Shown: in pieces, positions 10,130 to 25,185 of the stretch
Layout of the letters: each line of letters begins with the position of its first letter
Numbering within the stretch: the stretch's first letter is position 1
Assembly: GCF_022539665.2 (NCBI RefSeq)
Contig: NC_081333.1
Span: 1,736,001 to 1,800,000, forward strand
Length of the DNA: 64,000 nt
Source of the DNA: Daphnia carinata
Lineage: Eukaryota
Direction: 5' to 3'
The notes under the pieces: model-generated
What the model was told of the DNA's origin: nothing
Databases searched by the model: none
What the model saw: only the letters and a program-made list of their open reading frames with translations
Position numbers and translations under genes: made by a program

Positions 10130-12244
10130 TCATAAAGCAAAATTACTAGTAACCGACTTTTTCAACGGAGTTGGTGTCTCACTGCATTCGAGAAAAGGTT
10201 GGACTTGATTTAACTGTGAATCTTTCCATTTCAACAGAAGCAATATCCTGCGTATTACATGCAAACATTAGATCAAAATACACTCTATCGTATAGCTATG
10301 AGTACCGAAATTTTAATTACCCAAATAAGATCAGTACGACAAAAACTGTGCAAGCCCTCACTAGATAAACGCATCCTGGAAAGAAACTAAGAGTCGCTTG
10401 ATATATCAAGTTCATCGTAGGAGCAGTTATTAATGGCACTAAAGATTCAAGTGAGGCAAGTACCGAATATGCATAACCTGAAAATTTAACAAGTATGGAG
10501 TGATTATTTTTCTTTCAATAGTACTATAATAAGAATCAGCGTACTCAACGCATCGCTGGACAGTGTTTTGGAAAAGATGGAGCGTATTACGATACTGGCG
10601 ATGGGCCCAAATGTACTACCAATCGATGCTGAATCGCCAAACCAAATAGGAAACATTTAAATAAGTTCATGTCATACTAAATTACTTACATAGATAAACC
10701 ATTAAGGGAGATACAGCAAATGCGATTGTAAGATAGGCTCCTATGTTTGCTAGCAGGGAAATAATCCCCATTATGCCATCGCTCACTTTAAAGTATCCAC
10801 TCAAGACGGGTAGGATGACTAAAATTCCTGTAATACAAAAATATTATTTAATTTTAAAAAGGCTTTTCACGTCTATTACATAGAAATAAAACTCTAATAC
10901 CAAACGAGGAAGAAGCACTGACCAAAGTGACAAAGAACGCCCAGTCTGGCGCATCCCAACCGAACTTTTTCCTGGTATAGAAGTAGCCGACGGATTGGCT
11001 TCCTGAAAAGAACATACATTTTTCAAATCGAATACTATAAACAATAACGAAGAACACACCTTGCGAAAAAAGAAGCAGGCACATAAGCGCTATCAAAATC
11101 GATATGCATGCTCTTTTATATCCTTCGCGGCGTTTAAATGTCTCAGCAAAGCAACGAAATAGATTTTGAAATACATCCAGGCAACCCTCTTTGGCAAGCT
11201 CCATTCTCTTCGTTTTAACTGATTTTCCATACAGTGCTTTTTCCAGCACGGTTTCTTCACTTGTTTTGCTAAATGATTTCTGCCCAAGTGAATCTTTAAA
11301 ACCAAACAGGATGTAAAGAAATGCGAGACTGTAGAAGGCGAGCGCTGTTCCCCATATCGCTATATTGCCGCCGCTCGCATAGATGTATCCGCTTATCAAA
11401 TTGCCAATCGGTACGGATATAGCAACGATACCACCAAGAAGCGAAAATCGCCAAGTTCTCGCCTCTGTGGTGGTTATGTCAACGATGTACCTGTTCCACA
11501 AAGTAAAGTCAGTATTTTTGGTTGTGCATTGTGTTCACTTTGTTTAGTTTGAATGAAATCGGGTAATTTGTACCTGTATATGGCCATAAAGAAAATACCT
11601 CTTCCACCTGTGAGACCCACAGGGACGGTAGATATTAAGAGATATTCCGCCGGTAAAGACTTGCAGTAGTAGTTTGTGATATCCAACAAAGTACACAATA
11701 TATGTCCAACTACCGGAGCCTAAAGAGTTTAAGGTAATGTTCCAAATTAAATATTAAGGTTACTCATACTTGAATTTGTTTACAATTTAATTTTCATACC
11801 ATCATCAACGGCTTCCTGCCGTGGTTATCGCTCCACGGTAATAGAAAAAGCATCAGGAAAATCGATGGTATGTTATCGATGAGCGAGCCATAGATATTCA
11901 GAGTACTGACATAGCTCTGAACTCGATCAGCTAGTTCTGTATTGTTGCGGCTAATTCTACTTCGAGGATCGCACTGGCTAGCGTTAATTTTAAAATTTAC
12001 CTCACATACTTTCTGCAGAAACAAGTTGGGTGTGACAATTCCCTATTTAAAAAAAAAAAGAGAGAGATGCAATTCGTATTAGTCACGATAATAATTCAAA
12101 AATTACCTGTATAATATTGGCAGCGAGGTAAATAAATCCCAAAGGCTCTACCGTGATGCGAAATCTGTGATGGTTTTTTACGTTGGAAGGTTCTGGTTGC
12201 TCATCTTTTCTCAGATCCGCATTGTCTTCGGTGAAGATAACCAT
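10130..12244 (-). CDS. SLC46 / proton-coupled folate transporter-like MFS transporter, copy 1 (multi-exon)
   Basis: ITVEP N-terminus, LFLQKVC..C loop, PWSDNHGRKPLM, YIVDITTTEARTWR, YSVLASLESLVPL. GT-AG introns join the ORF-track fragments. Confidence 0.85.
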
Positions 12245-13030
12245 ATCCTTGTGCCACTCTTTATACGATGGTAACCGGGAGAACTGTTGGTTAAAGCGAT
12301 CATTCCTTTATACTATACAGGCGGATTAGAAACCGGGAAAAGTACCCTTGTTAAAATTCTGTCAGGTCATGCAGTCTGTGGATTTTGCAGAGACAGTCAT
12401 AACAAACCTCCGTTACCATGGTTCGACGCACTACTGCTGCAAGATCAAAGTCAAATTAAGTGCGGCTACTTCTAAAAAATTGACTTTGTCGTTGTCTCCT
12501 CCTGTTTTCTAGTTCACCGTCCTTTGTCATGGCCAAAACATCATGATAGGAATATCCAATCAATGTTGAAAGATTTGTTGTTTAGTCCAAGTCTTCCCAA
12601 TCCGTGAGATCAAGATGGATCAATTTATCGATAATCCATAGATGGTCTTCAATTTGCATTGCACTTCCAGCGTGCTCCGTGAGCCATCACGCATTTTAAA
12701 ACAGAGGATTAAAAACGTAACTGGTTTGCCATACATTTTGGTACTCGAGGTTGATTTCAAAAGAACATTTCATGAATCTATGAAACAAATTCACAACGGA
12801 AGAAGTTTGTGGCAATAAAAGTAACATGAGCGTTTCAACCAGTTGTTAATGCCTGGTTTCACAGTTTCTGAATTTGAGGAGCTTTTAATTAAAACCAAAA
12901 TTTTCTTATGATGCTATGGGATATAAATCCATAAGGATCATCCAAAGCAACATATCACCGGGACGATGAAGGTAATTAATGTTTCAAAAAATATAACAGA
13001 AGATTATGCATTTTGTTTTACTTGATGGTT

Positions 13031-14923
13031 TTAGGCTTCGCGCGCTTCGATTATATCCAGATCCTCTGAATTGAAAAATACCGGAGTGTTTTTTTCCTTC
13101 CACTGCAGTAGCAAAACCACCCTAATTCAAACATTAACAGGACAATTTAGACTCGAATAAAAATTCTGTACAAATTGTGACAGTTACTTACGAGAGAAGT
13201 ATCAACAACACGAAAAGCAGGCTGCCAAAAACAATGAAGACACAGCCCGGAAAGAGCTCGATGGTAGCCTTATAGATCAAGTTATATGTAGAAGTTGAAA
13301 TCAAAGGCACCAGAGACTCGAAGGAGGCCAATACGGAGTAAACGTGGCTCAATTCATCACTAAGCACGAGTTTAGAGATCATTGAACGAATCACTACTCC
13401 AATGCTGGCCGTCAACACGTTACCAATAGAGGCTATGAAAAAAAATGAGTGGTATTGGTCGAAATAGAGGAAGAAGTTTTTAAAACTTTACCCAAATAAA
13501 TCATTAATGGAGACACCGCAAAGGCAACCATTAGACAGTTTGCGATGTAACCCAAAATGGCGAAAATACCAATTAGGCAGTCACGAATCTCAAAGTAAGA
13601 ACTCAACAACGGCAGGAGAAAAAAGCTGCCTGAATAAGATGGAAACATAAAAACGCGTCATTCGATGAACACAGTACGACATTTAATTACAACTTACCAA
13701 GAACAGCTGTCAAGCTGGAAATGGTTGAAAACAAGGCAAACTCAGGTTGGTCCCAACCAAATAACTTTCTTGTGTAAAGGTACGTAATGGATCCCGGTAC
13801 TGCATAAGACAGGAGGATATTAAAATGACATGGAGTGAAAAAGTGGAAACTGACTTACTCTGGAAAACGTAAAGACACATTGATGCCAAAAGAATTGATA
13901 GGCAGGCTCGCTTGTAACCGTTACGCGGTTGAAATGTAACAGTGAAGCATTCCCACAGATTGAGAGCTACCGGACTGCAACGGCATCGGACAGTATGTAA
14001 GGCAACAAGCTGTTCGTCGTCCTGCGCGAAATTAACACTAGGCGAGTATGAACCTTCTACTTGTTCGTCTTCTGATTCACGACCCCGTGAATCTTTGATC
14101 CGAAAAATGGTGTAGAGAAGTGCGATTGCACCCAATCCCAGAGATGTTCCCCATATGGCAAAATAGCCACCATAAGTGTAAATATAAATACTGGCAAAGT
14201 TAGCGATAGGGTACGATATCGACATTGAGCCGTACATTATTGAAATGCGTGATGTCCTAGATTGAGTGGTAGTAATGTCTGCCATGTAACTGTATAATTA
14301 AGACAAATAAAACAATAGAAGCCTGATACTGGGAATTTAATTAAATATGGTGAATACCTGTTCAAAGCCATTAGTAGTGTTGCAGAACCTCCAAACAGGC
14401 CACATGGGATACTTGCAAATAATATGTACTCTGCTGGCCATGTTGTGAAATAATAGTTCAAAATGTACAACGAAACAGAGCACAGATGACCTATCAGCGG
14501 AGCTAACATGGGTACTTTTCTTCCATTTTTTTCACTCCAAGGTCCAAGAAATAAAACAAAAATAATGGATGGAATGTTTTCAATAAGAGAGCCGTAAATG
14601 TTGAGGTCACTGACATATTTTTGAATTTCTGTCGAATGTTCTGAGCCAGTTTCACTGGTATGATTATGCTGTGCAGTACACTCAGAAGAGTTGAGTTGAA
14701 AATTTATGTAACATGTTTTTTCAAGATATAAATTTTGGATCACAACACCCTACAAGATGTAAGAGAATCTCAATTGATTATATAATGAAATAAAGATACT
14801 TTCGGACTGGTTCACTATTACCTGTATAACAGAGGCGACAAGAAACAGAAATCCTATGGGTTCTACAGTAACTTTAAACTTGGAATTTTTATTCCGTTCA
14901 ATCAGAATAATTTCATCCTCCAT
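13031..14923 (-). CDS. SLC46 / proton-coupled folate transporter-like MFS transporter, copy 2 (multi-exon)
   Basis: MEDEIILIERNKNSKFKVTVEP, NLYLEKTC, GPWSEKNGRKVPM, YMADITTTQSRTSR, RSMISKLV...YSVLASFESLVP. Tandem paralogue of copy 1. Confidence 0.87.
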
Positions 14924-17331
14924 GGTTATTCTCCTATATTCACGATTAAAAGTTACTTATATTGATGCATATTGCATAAACGAGCTTCAGACAAATCTTC
15001 AGCTCGCATTCGCAACCGTACCAAAACGTACGGTTACGAAATCAGTGAATAATGTACAACTACGTCATTTTTTAACCCACAAACACAGGCCCCGAAGGAA
15101 GTAAATACCACAACAAAAACTAAATAACATCGGCTGCTTCCGTAGTTGACAAGTCTCTTGTTTTGGTTATGTAAAAACAAGAAAGCGAAGGGAGAATAAA
15201 CGGCACGAACTAGTACTAGGAAAGGCAGCAATAGTCCAAAAAAGGAGTTGTTTTGATTTTATATTTACTTTAATCAAAGTGGAAAAAATCATAAAATATA
15301 ATGCTCTTCACGCACCTTGTGGTCGGTTGAATGCACATTGTAGCCTGAAGGATCGCGTGATGGTACCTGATTCCGTAGAGTCTTTGATCATTCTGCCTTT
15401 TGTTGTTGTCGTGTTTGAGCCCCGGGTTTAAAGAAATTTGTGATAAACAACAGCGGGGTGTCTGTGAAGATGGTTGTTTTCGTCTGAAAGAAAGTATGAC
15501 GCATTCTACAGAAAAAATCACGCCTCACTTCAGCGATATACCATCAGGGTATACGACTTACAGTTTTAAATATAACTTTACTGCTTAAATAGCAACCTGA
15601 TAACAGATAAATTGCTTATGCCCTCGTGTCAGCAGGTACGTTTGCGCTGGGCATCTTTGTACTCCCTTATGAAGTTTCCTGCTTGATTTGCCGTTTTTCC
15701 CCAATTAAACTTTGGTCTTACTATGAAGCCGAATCATTTTCGTTGCTGTTTCCTTTAATTTATTTAAAGAAATATTTGTCTCTGGAAACTGCATCCCGGT
15801 GTTATCAACCCTATTTCAACATCGCATTCCGACATTTAAGGGTTATATGCGCCACTTATAATGACGAGATTTGGCATCTACCCAGTAATGAGATTGCTAG
15901 CCCGAGATCTGTAAGTAATCTCTACTCGAAACTTCTGGTGTTGGTATGGAATTGGCCTGTACCACTGAATCGAAACAAGGTGAAAAGAAAGGTAAGAGTT
16001 ATCAGCTGATGTGGATCATAATGCTGTAGAATATGATTCACATCGGGGCAGATCAGGAGGATGTCATTAGAAAATTATCCTCGCCATCTTTTTTTTCCAG
16101 AAATTTTGCTTGAACATTTGCTTGTGCCTCATGTGTACAGGAATGGATGGTAAACCACAACGGGATGTCTCCAAAAATATTCGTTCTGTGTGATAGGAGG
16201 TATGACGCATTCTACTGAAAACATCAAAATGCCTGACCCCATTGACATACCATCGGAATATAAAGTTTACAAAAAGAAATACATAAAAAAATAGGCCGTC
16301 TGGTTTTCCTACAGCAACTTCAAAACGCATTCGTAAACAAACAAAAAACAAGGAAGCTGTCAACTGATTTTCCAGCTTATGTCTCAGACGTTCACGTCAT
16401 TCGACCTTGTAAGAGCAGTTATCTGTTTCATTCCCTCTATGTTAAATCCCGTTTTTGTTTGCTCTCCGACTTGGATTCATGAGAGCGTGACCGACGGTTG
16501 CATTTCTTTTTCTTCATAATCCATGGAACAAAAAGAAACAAAGAGACAGATTTGGATTCGTATAAGGTTACCATATGTCGTTTCATACAACTTGGGTGTT
16601 ATCTTGCGTTTTTGAGTGGGCACGAACTCCGAGAGTCCCGTCCACATGCAAGAATATTGAACGTCCATAGCTTCCGTCTTGAGGGATTGATGGTTATGTG
16701 GTTTATTCTTCTTCGATTGTACAATCAAAATGCGTTATTCAAGACAGAAAAATGTATAAAATATACCAATTCTATTGAGCTTGATCACGCTTGGATCGTC
16801 GTGCGCCGCAGGCAGTCCATGATCAATATTATACGTTACATACAAATGACGACGGAAAGTCCACGTTGAATGCTGTGCAATTGTAGCTTGTGGTATGCGG
16901 CATATTCTCATTTCTGGCCTCCCCACCACATTTCTTTTTCGTATTTTTCCCCCCATTCTGTCTTTTGTTTTAACAACGTGTAAACACCACAACCACAATG
17001 GATTACTGATTACATTTAGGTTATTTCTCACAGGAACAATGTCTTTTCGTGGCTTTGATGACTTGTTTTTTTTTTTTACTTCCTCATTAATGATTCTTTT
17101 CTTCCATTACTTTTTCAATGAACTTGCATTCTGCTTAAAAATATGACGGAGTCAGATGAATGGCCCCTAGATGGCTAAAAAGAAAGGGGGTGTGTCCAGA
17201 CTAACCCTCTTTACCAGAAGGGTAGCCGCCGAACCTGCCGATGGGGAGAAGGGAAAAAAGAAAAAAAAGCACTGGTCTCTTCAGGCTTGTATAAGAAGGC
17301 TTTGCCAGTTGTGACTGTGGCGCCTTCCAAG

Positions 17332-20100
17332 ATGGCCGAATTGAGCGCCGAGGCGCCGCTGGCGTACAGTGAAGAGTGGAACGAGTTCAGTGATTTCCAG
17401 CAGGCGGCTGAACTCAACAACGGCAACGACAATGGAAACATGACTGGCTGCAGTCCGCCGAGGAACAAAGCTTTGGATAATGTCAAGAAGATGGAGAGCA
17501 GCAGCAGCAACAACATGGCCGATCACTTCGGCGAAACGAGTAGCTCGCTGTCAAGTTCTCTGGAAGATCTAGTCAACACGTTCGACGACAAGATCACCAA
17601 GTGTTTTCGGGATCTGGATCAAAACGTCGAGAGCCTCGCCCCCGTCCAAATACGTAACCAAGACGACATCATCAACGAGTCTCAGTGCGTAAATAATTTA
17701 CAATCAGGTTACGAGACTCTTATTCAAATTGACGTTACAAGAAGAGACTGATGTTTATCTTGCAGGCAATTCTTTTTCCTTTCTGTTTTTACACTTTGGC
17801 GTGAAACCATAAGGAGAGTTATTGATTACCTAGTGGACACAAAGTTTATTTTTATTTATTTTTATTTTTTTGTTTGTAAACCTGAAAGAAGCGAGGCGTC
17901 GGGAGCGGTCCACCGCGCAATGCATGTTTTTACGATACGGGGCTTATAAATCTTCTTTGTATATGGACTGAACGTTGTTGTGTACGAGCCAGGTTCTCCA
18001 TAATCAGAGTGTGAAAGTTTTGTGACCATGTTTAGCTCGAGAGATTCCCCCTACCAACACCAGTCTTATGTCTGACAGACCGCCGCCCATAAAAGACAGA
18101 AGACCACCTATTGGATAGGCTTCCCCGTTACAGTTTAACGTTACCTATCCATGACGATTGGTCTCGTATTGTAAGATACGTCCAATCAAGCAACGTCTGT
18201 AGATTCCATCGACACCCTTGAAGCCCTGTTCCGTTGCGATCAATAACTCGACGTTGCAAGGCCATAGGAACAGCGTGTAGCCAGTAGTGTGTGCGTTCGC
18301 CATTGATCCCAATAAGAATTCCTAGAGCAAGGACATGGCGCGTGCTCAAAAAAAAAAGAATTCTTTTATGGCCCATATTTGAGAAATGGGCAAGTGGTGA
18401 GAGACGATATATTTTTTGGTTTAATATCTAAATCATGTTGAAACTGAACATAAACCTTTCATGAAAGTCAAGTTCTAACCAGTCTCTATTCAAGGTTGTC
18501 TGATTCATAACTTGAGGGAAAACAAAAAGAGAAAGAAAAAACCGGTTTTGGGGATGGTCTCATCCGTTTTCTTTTGCCTTTTTTTTTTCAGGATGTGGTG
18601 GACGTTGACCGGCAATTACGGGAACATCCTTCCAATTGACTGGTCAAAGTCGATGACCCGACGGTTACATTTACCTACTCTTCAGCTATGCGATAGACAG
18701 GTAAGAGAGAACAATGGAAAAAAAAACAGTTGCCTTGTTTGAATATGATTGTTTATTCAGTTTATTCTAATAAGCTGTTGGTCTGTTTAGAAACCCAGTC
18801 AAGAAGTGGATACGCTGTCGGACGAGGACGAAGCCGTCGCATCCGATCTGGACTTGCACGCGTTGATCGTGGCACAGAACCCGCCCGACTTGGAAATCGA
18901 ACCGCTTCAGTCAGCCGAGGAAGTCATCAAGGAAATTGACGATCTAATGCAGGTAAAAATATCTCTCTCGTTTTATTATTCCCTTTTTGAAAGATTTTTC
19001 ATTTCAACTTTGATACCCATCCGGTTTCGTGTTTAGGATCCTTCATCGCCGGATATGAGTGAGAACATGCACCAAAGCCCCGACACGCCCGAGTGCGCCA
19101 TGCCCTACCGATTGTCGAGTGCCATCCATCAAGAGAGTCAGTAGCCCACTTTTGTTCCCAAATGCTGGTGTCTAACTTTATAACTTTGTTTGTTGCAGAG
19201 TTGGAAACGTGGTCCGTTGGCCAATTGAACGAGCTCCTTTCTGAGCTGGAATGGCGCGTTCAACATCACTCAGAAACTTTAATTGCCGAGCTGGCGCTCC
19301 GCGATGAGTTGGAATATGAAAAGGAATTGAAGAACACGTTCATCTCGCTGCTACTGAACGTGCAAAACAAGCGTCGCCAAATGACTGCCAACCAGAAGAA
19401 GCCGACGACCAATGCGACGACGCCGACTGGCAAGAACGGCAATAAAATGGGCAGCGGGTTCAGCCAGTCCGACTGCAAGGTTAGCCCAACCCATCCTTGT
19501 CTGACTCTTTCTGGTTATTCTTTTTTTGTGTTGGTCGTTTTTTTTTTTTTTTCATCTTTTACGACTCCGTGGACTCCCGAAGAGTGTCCTCATGATTTAT
19601 GACTATGCAGGAGGGTAATGTCAAAAGGTCGTATCTTAATCTCGTTAATCATTCCGACTGGATAGGTTTTTGAGAGGCTTCTTCCAATGTAAAATGGATT
19701 TAATGTCAAAAGCATTCCTTTTCTTTCTTTATTGTGTTTTGTTACAGTACATCACGACAGTCATTCCCTATCACCCTGGAAACGGACCTCCAAGCAACCC
19801 AACCGTGCAGGTCCTCATCAAAAGTAAGTCGCGAGCGAGAGAAACTTTAGTTATTTTTATTTTTCGAACCAAATTTGTCCCTCATTTTTATGATTTTTCT
19901 AACTGGGGGTCGGTTTTATTACAGTTCTCCGAGCCATTGTTGAGGATAGTCCGACCGTTCCGACATTACTTACGGATTACATTTTGAAAGGTAAAAAAGA
20001 GATCTCACACAAAACACAAGTCTTCTTCCTTTTTTGGAATTCTACGGAATCTTAACTTTTATTACTTCTGTTGAATTTTTCAGTATTGTGTCCGACGTAG
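17332..20100 (+). CDS. Unc-76: Fasciculation and elongation protein zeta (Unc-76/FEZ family), multi-exon
   Basis: MAELSAEAPLA, SLEDLVNTFDDKITKCF, MWWTLTGNYGNILPIDW, RDELEYEKELKNTFISLLL coiled coil, C-terminal VPTLLTDYILKVLCPT*. Confidence 0.92.
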
Positions 20101-21723
20101 CTGTTCGGTCGTGGAGCCGCTAGTTTTGGTATTATTTTTTTTTTTTTTGTTTCAATATTCTCTTATTTCCAAGTTTCCTTCCTTCCGTCAGTAATGACAT
20201 CCTCGAGAATCTTACGCAATCTCATTGCAGCTAGCGGGCGCACCTAACGTCCGTCCTACGCGCACCATCCCTTACAATACTTTTTAAACAAGAAAGAAAA
20301 GAATTCTTTTCTTGGCAAACGATATATCGGCCTGAAAGGAATTTCTTTCTTGAATTTGTAGTCGAAATCGGAACAAAAAAAATTATCTGACTATTTCCTC
20401 TTTCTTTCTGTATGAAATAAGCCTTCATATGTTATTATTTTGGCAGTCTCTATCGCGAGAGTGTTCAAACTTTGCCTAATGTGTTTATAGATTTGACTTC
20501 GCTTAGGCTTTAGCATTTTTTCTTTTTTACGATTATTTATATACCTTGCGTGATTTTCTTTTCTCCATCCCGACGAAAATGCAGAAAGTTCTAAAAAAAA
20601 AAAGAATACAGCTGAATGACGGGGCAGGGATTATTATCATTTCATCGGTGATTAGGCCTCTTTGATATTCCTCCCTTCTACGAATGAGAACGAGATTGAA
20701 TAACGAGCTTTGAATATGCTCGTCTAGTCAAAACATTTGATCCTAGTTGGACGTCCAATTTCTTTTGATAAGCGACGTCATCCCACCTTTGTCGACAGCG
20801 AGCGCCTCCCTTTTTTTTAAATATATTTTTTCAGGACAAGAACTAAAAAATAAAACGAAACGAAGAAAAAAAAAAGTAACTACGTAGATCTCAAAACCAA
20901 TTCTTTCCTCGTTCACTCTTCTCCTCCCTGCTGCACTTGACAATGACTAATAAAAATTACAAAGCAAAACAGAAATGAAAGACGATACAAAGATTTGCTA
21001 CTTTAGACATCAGGTTGATATGATGACACTCTCTGTTCTGCTCTTGTGGCTTTTTTGCGTTCACTTCTTTCGGTTCTTCTTCTTTGTATACTATTTCGTG
21101 ACGTGTGTGTTGTGTGCCGCCACTTATGGACGTTAAAAAACTAATGCGCAATACATTACAATGCTCCCAATCTCTGCCCACGTACTGATTTTGAAATCAT
21201 TTTGCTGTTCTAATTACTACTATGTGTGATGTCTAACACGAAACTCGGATGTCTACTAAGTGCCCTGGTTTGTGGTGAATGGACGATGCACTCGGAGAGA
21301 AAGTCGAGGTGAGTGTAGTTATCATATAATCAACTCAAGATTATATCATAAAACGGCCATGAACATGTCAAACACTGTGAGACCACTTTTCTCTACGTAC
21401 AAAGAATCCACAGGCGCACAGACACATAAGATGGGATACTGAAGTCTTGACTTTTGCACGGGGACTGGAAAAAAAAAAGAGACGGGCAGGAATTTTATAT
21501 TTTTAAGGAATCGATGTCGCAAAAATAGGTAAGGATAAAGGGGAGGTTTTCTACACCGTGCTGATGGGAACTTCACAACGGCCAGCACGAACAGAAGCGT
21601 GCAACACGAGACGACACGAACGTAGACGAATGGGGGGGGGGGGAGTGGGAAACAAAAAAGCAGACACGAAAGCTATGTGACTCGAACACGTGTGTGAGAC
21701 CTTATTTTTTTCACCTCTTTATC

Positions 21724-23166
21724 TCAGAAAATCGAAGAAAAGAGCAATGTCAGCAAGTTCCAGTGGAACAGCGTGGACGTGATGTAAAGGACATGTAATA
21801 TGACGGTGCGGAATCCGTCGTGAAGGACTTGACGCGGGCGGCAGAACTCGTCAGGTCGCCGGTGATCTGGAAATTTCCCCGTCGCGTAATACGTGGCCAG
21901 CATCGATTCCTTCTCGATGTATCGATCGTAGACCCACTGCTTCAGCAGCTCATTGTCCGTCGGCACCTGTGACATAAAAATATTAGATTTCCCTGCGTTG
22001 CCCCAAGTTGTTGCAATAAAATCGAAATAAATCACAATATCACCTCCGAAATGGGATAGCACCGGTAGTGGAATATGGTGTTGCAAGGCGCGGCCGTCGC
22101 CATAAAAATAGTCAGAATATCCAAGGGCTTGCCGTCGGGATACGCGATCGTCAGGTCGATGATCCATTTCAGACTGTTGTTCGCCCAATCATCAGCTGCA
22201 AGGAATCAAAACAAAGCCGGAAAAGCCGGCATCAACCCACGATCCTTCGGCAGATCGAATGGAAACACATCGGGCATTACGCGAGAGATTGCCGTTGCCG
22301 TTAGCCATCATCCTTGCCCTTTGCGGACCAATTGTAGCTACCACGTTTTGCACGGCTCCGACGCGAGGGATGGTCGTGTGATGCAATATGGGTAGAGAAT
22401 TTTTTAGCGCGAATTTGCGGCTGATCTCGCGTCGTTTACGCAAAAAGCCGCCTTCGGGAAATAGCAGGATCCACGTTCGCTTGCAAGGCATATAGACATT
22501 GGACAGGTGAACAGTCAGTTCCGTTAACGACTGCTCTCGACGCGCTTTGCCCTGCAAACAAAGGAGATTTCAAGGTCAGTGCATATATGGCTGCTTCGAA
22601 CGGTGACTATGGTGACTACAAACCGAGCTGATGAAGAAATCCTTGTGAAACCAAGAAACCAGTCCAAAATTGGTTTTCATAAACATTCTATCCATGATCC
22701 ACATTATGTTACGGCTACGACCGTCCAAGGCCGCCATTATCAATGGCACATCAGAGGTTGATTGATGATTGATTAGCATGAGAGCTTTATCATTGACTAT
22801 TTTGTTGATGTCATCACCCATTTCCACAACTGCAATAATCAAATATGAGGATTACGTAGCACTTCTTTAAATTAAACACAGAGACTCACTATCATAACCA
22901 GCCGTGTAGCTCCACGCAGACACCATGGAGAGTAGCCACTGGAAACCGAAGCCTTCCAATGTCAAAAAAACTTCAGGGGAAAACCATTTTAAAGGCCAGA
23001 GGGTTAGCAACCACAAACAGTGTGTCGGTATGCAGTACAAGTTGTTGACAATGATCAAGAAGAACCGAATGGTACCCCAGATGTACATTAGTAGTCTGTA
23101 AGACGAAATGTGGAGGTTAGTTGAGAAAGATATCACATACAGAACACCAATTATACTTTGAAACAT
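21724..23166 (-). CDS. LPGAT1: Acyl-CoA:lysophosphatidylglycerol acyltransferase 1 (multi-exon)
   Basis: NHQSTSD (HxxxxD), [48 protein letters not shown]. Confidence 0.9.
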
Positions 23167-25185
23167 CCATGGTGACTGTTCACAGATGGTCTTCAGTCCA
23201 TTAAGTAATGGTAGGAATAAATCTGGTGAATAAAAAAGAAATGTTACTCATGATAAAAGAGACAGTGAAAAATTGCTAATGAATGAACCAACTGACATGC
23301 CGAGTGCTTTAGTGGATAGCAGTTAGGACAAAATACACAAACTGTCTGCTAAAAAAAAAAACATATTTTACTATCAGCAAGATAAGCTTGAATGGTGGCT
23401 ACAAGGGTCAAGTCTCCTATGTGACAACATTTTGACAAGACATCTGCTGAAACAGGAATATGTCGGTTTTCGTTCAGACTTACCGTTCAAGGAAATAATA
23501 ACACGAACAACACCAATGACACGAATTTTTCTAATAACGATCACGAATGAGATTGCAGATTGGACGGAGGAAAAACAAAACAACTGGAAAAATTTAGATT
23601 ATTCCGACTAGGAAATGCTTCGGTATAAAGACGAGGGAGCGACCGGCACATTTCATGCCCAAGAACTGCCGAACACAAAAGTTACCGTACCACTCTAGAC
23701 GTAAGCAAAATGTAAGAAGATTTTCCTTAATTTTGAACGTTGGTTTCGCTCGGTATGATTAAGATTTTATACACGAAATCTTTCGAATACTATTTTAACG
23801 GAGTTTTCCCATTTTCTTTAAAATAATATTCCTTATCAAATGGGTTTTCAAGCAGGACCTGGAGATGAATCACACCGTAGGCAAGCTACGGATCCAGTAC
23901 CGCGTCCGGTACTTGCCATGTCGGCTGCTAGCCACGCACGAGCAGTATCGATCAGCAGACGACCACAGAGAAAACAGAGATACGAAACGAGAAACCTGAA
24001 AGAAAAAACAAAGAATTTTGCGATGCTAGCGCTTTTCCAACTAGGTCCGAAACTGCATTCTCCCTACAGCTATAGTAATGTCTTTCGTATCCTTTTATTC
24101 CGAAAGCTGCGTACATGAAATCGAAATCTTTTCGCTAGATGGCAGGAAACTGCAGCTACAAATCTTTTTTTTTTCTACAGATGTTGCAAAGATTCGCGAA
24201 ACGTTGTTTATATATAAAACCTGTATTTATAAATAATGTGACTCCTGCTTTCGTTTGTTTTTACAACAAGGCCCTCCTTAGTTGTGCTATCATGCCACAA
24301 TGACGGTCTCGTTAAAAGTAGCCATTGGCCGGAAGTTCTCTGGCAAAGGAAGGAACCTGAGTTTATCAGATCTTCTTTGAATCGTGACGACGAACAATCC
24401 ATCGGTCATGTATGTTTGAATTCCAATGGAAATAATAAACGGCCGCCAAGCCACGATTGGTATTTCTAGCGAGTAGTTTCTTTCCCTTTTTTTTCACTTT
24501 TTGCTACAGGTTTTATTCACACCTCTGCTGGAAATTTCTTTCAGGAAAAAAGGTGTATAACTTCTACGTTCACTGTTCAACGAGAAAGACACGTTTCTTT
24601 TTCTATTTTTTATGCGAGTTGCTGCAATATTTTAGGCAATAATTGCAGCCAGTCGTGTTAGTTATTTATTCCGTTTTATTTATTTATTTTTTGTTTTTGT
24701 TTTGTTTTTCTTCATACTAGTGGGATAGATGCAGTTTATATGCGCTTGTTCGGGAGGGATTTATTTACGACTTGGGGAAATATTCGAAGCGTTAAAAACT
24801 ACAGCAAAGTACACACACTCACACACACACACCAGTACGACAGACACACACACACTTTTGGAAAGAGTGGAAGAAGGGAAATGTTTGGCGACAATAGACG
24901 AGATTTTGTCCTTTTTGTTGTTATTTTGCTGTTTGCGGAGTAAACCAAAGACAAATAAGAATGCAGATAAACAAAATAAACAAAAACAACAGAGAGACGG
25001 GTCAAAAGACAGTTGGTATTTTTTTTTTTTTTTTTTTTCTTTCATATAACCAAGAAAAGAAAAAAAAAAGAACAGGCATATCACACAGTGATCCGCTACT
25101 CGGTTTTGTTCTGCGAACCGGTAGAAATAATTACAAGCATATTACTAAATAATGCCCTAATGTATACTCTTTTGTTTCAAACCGG

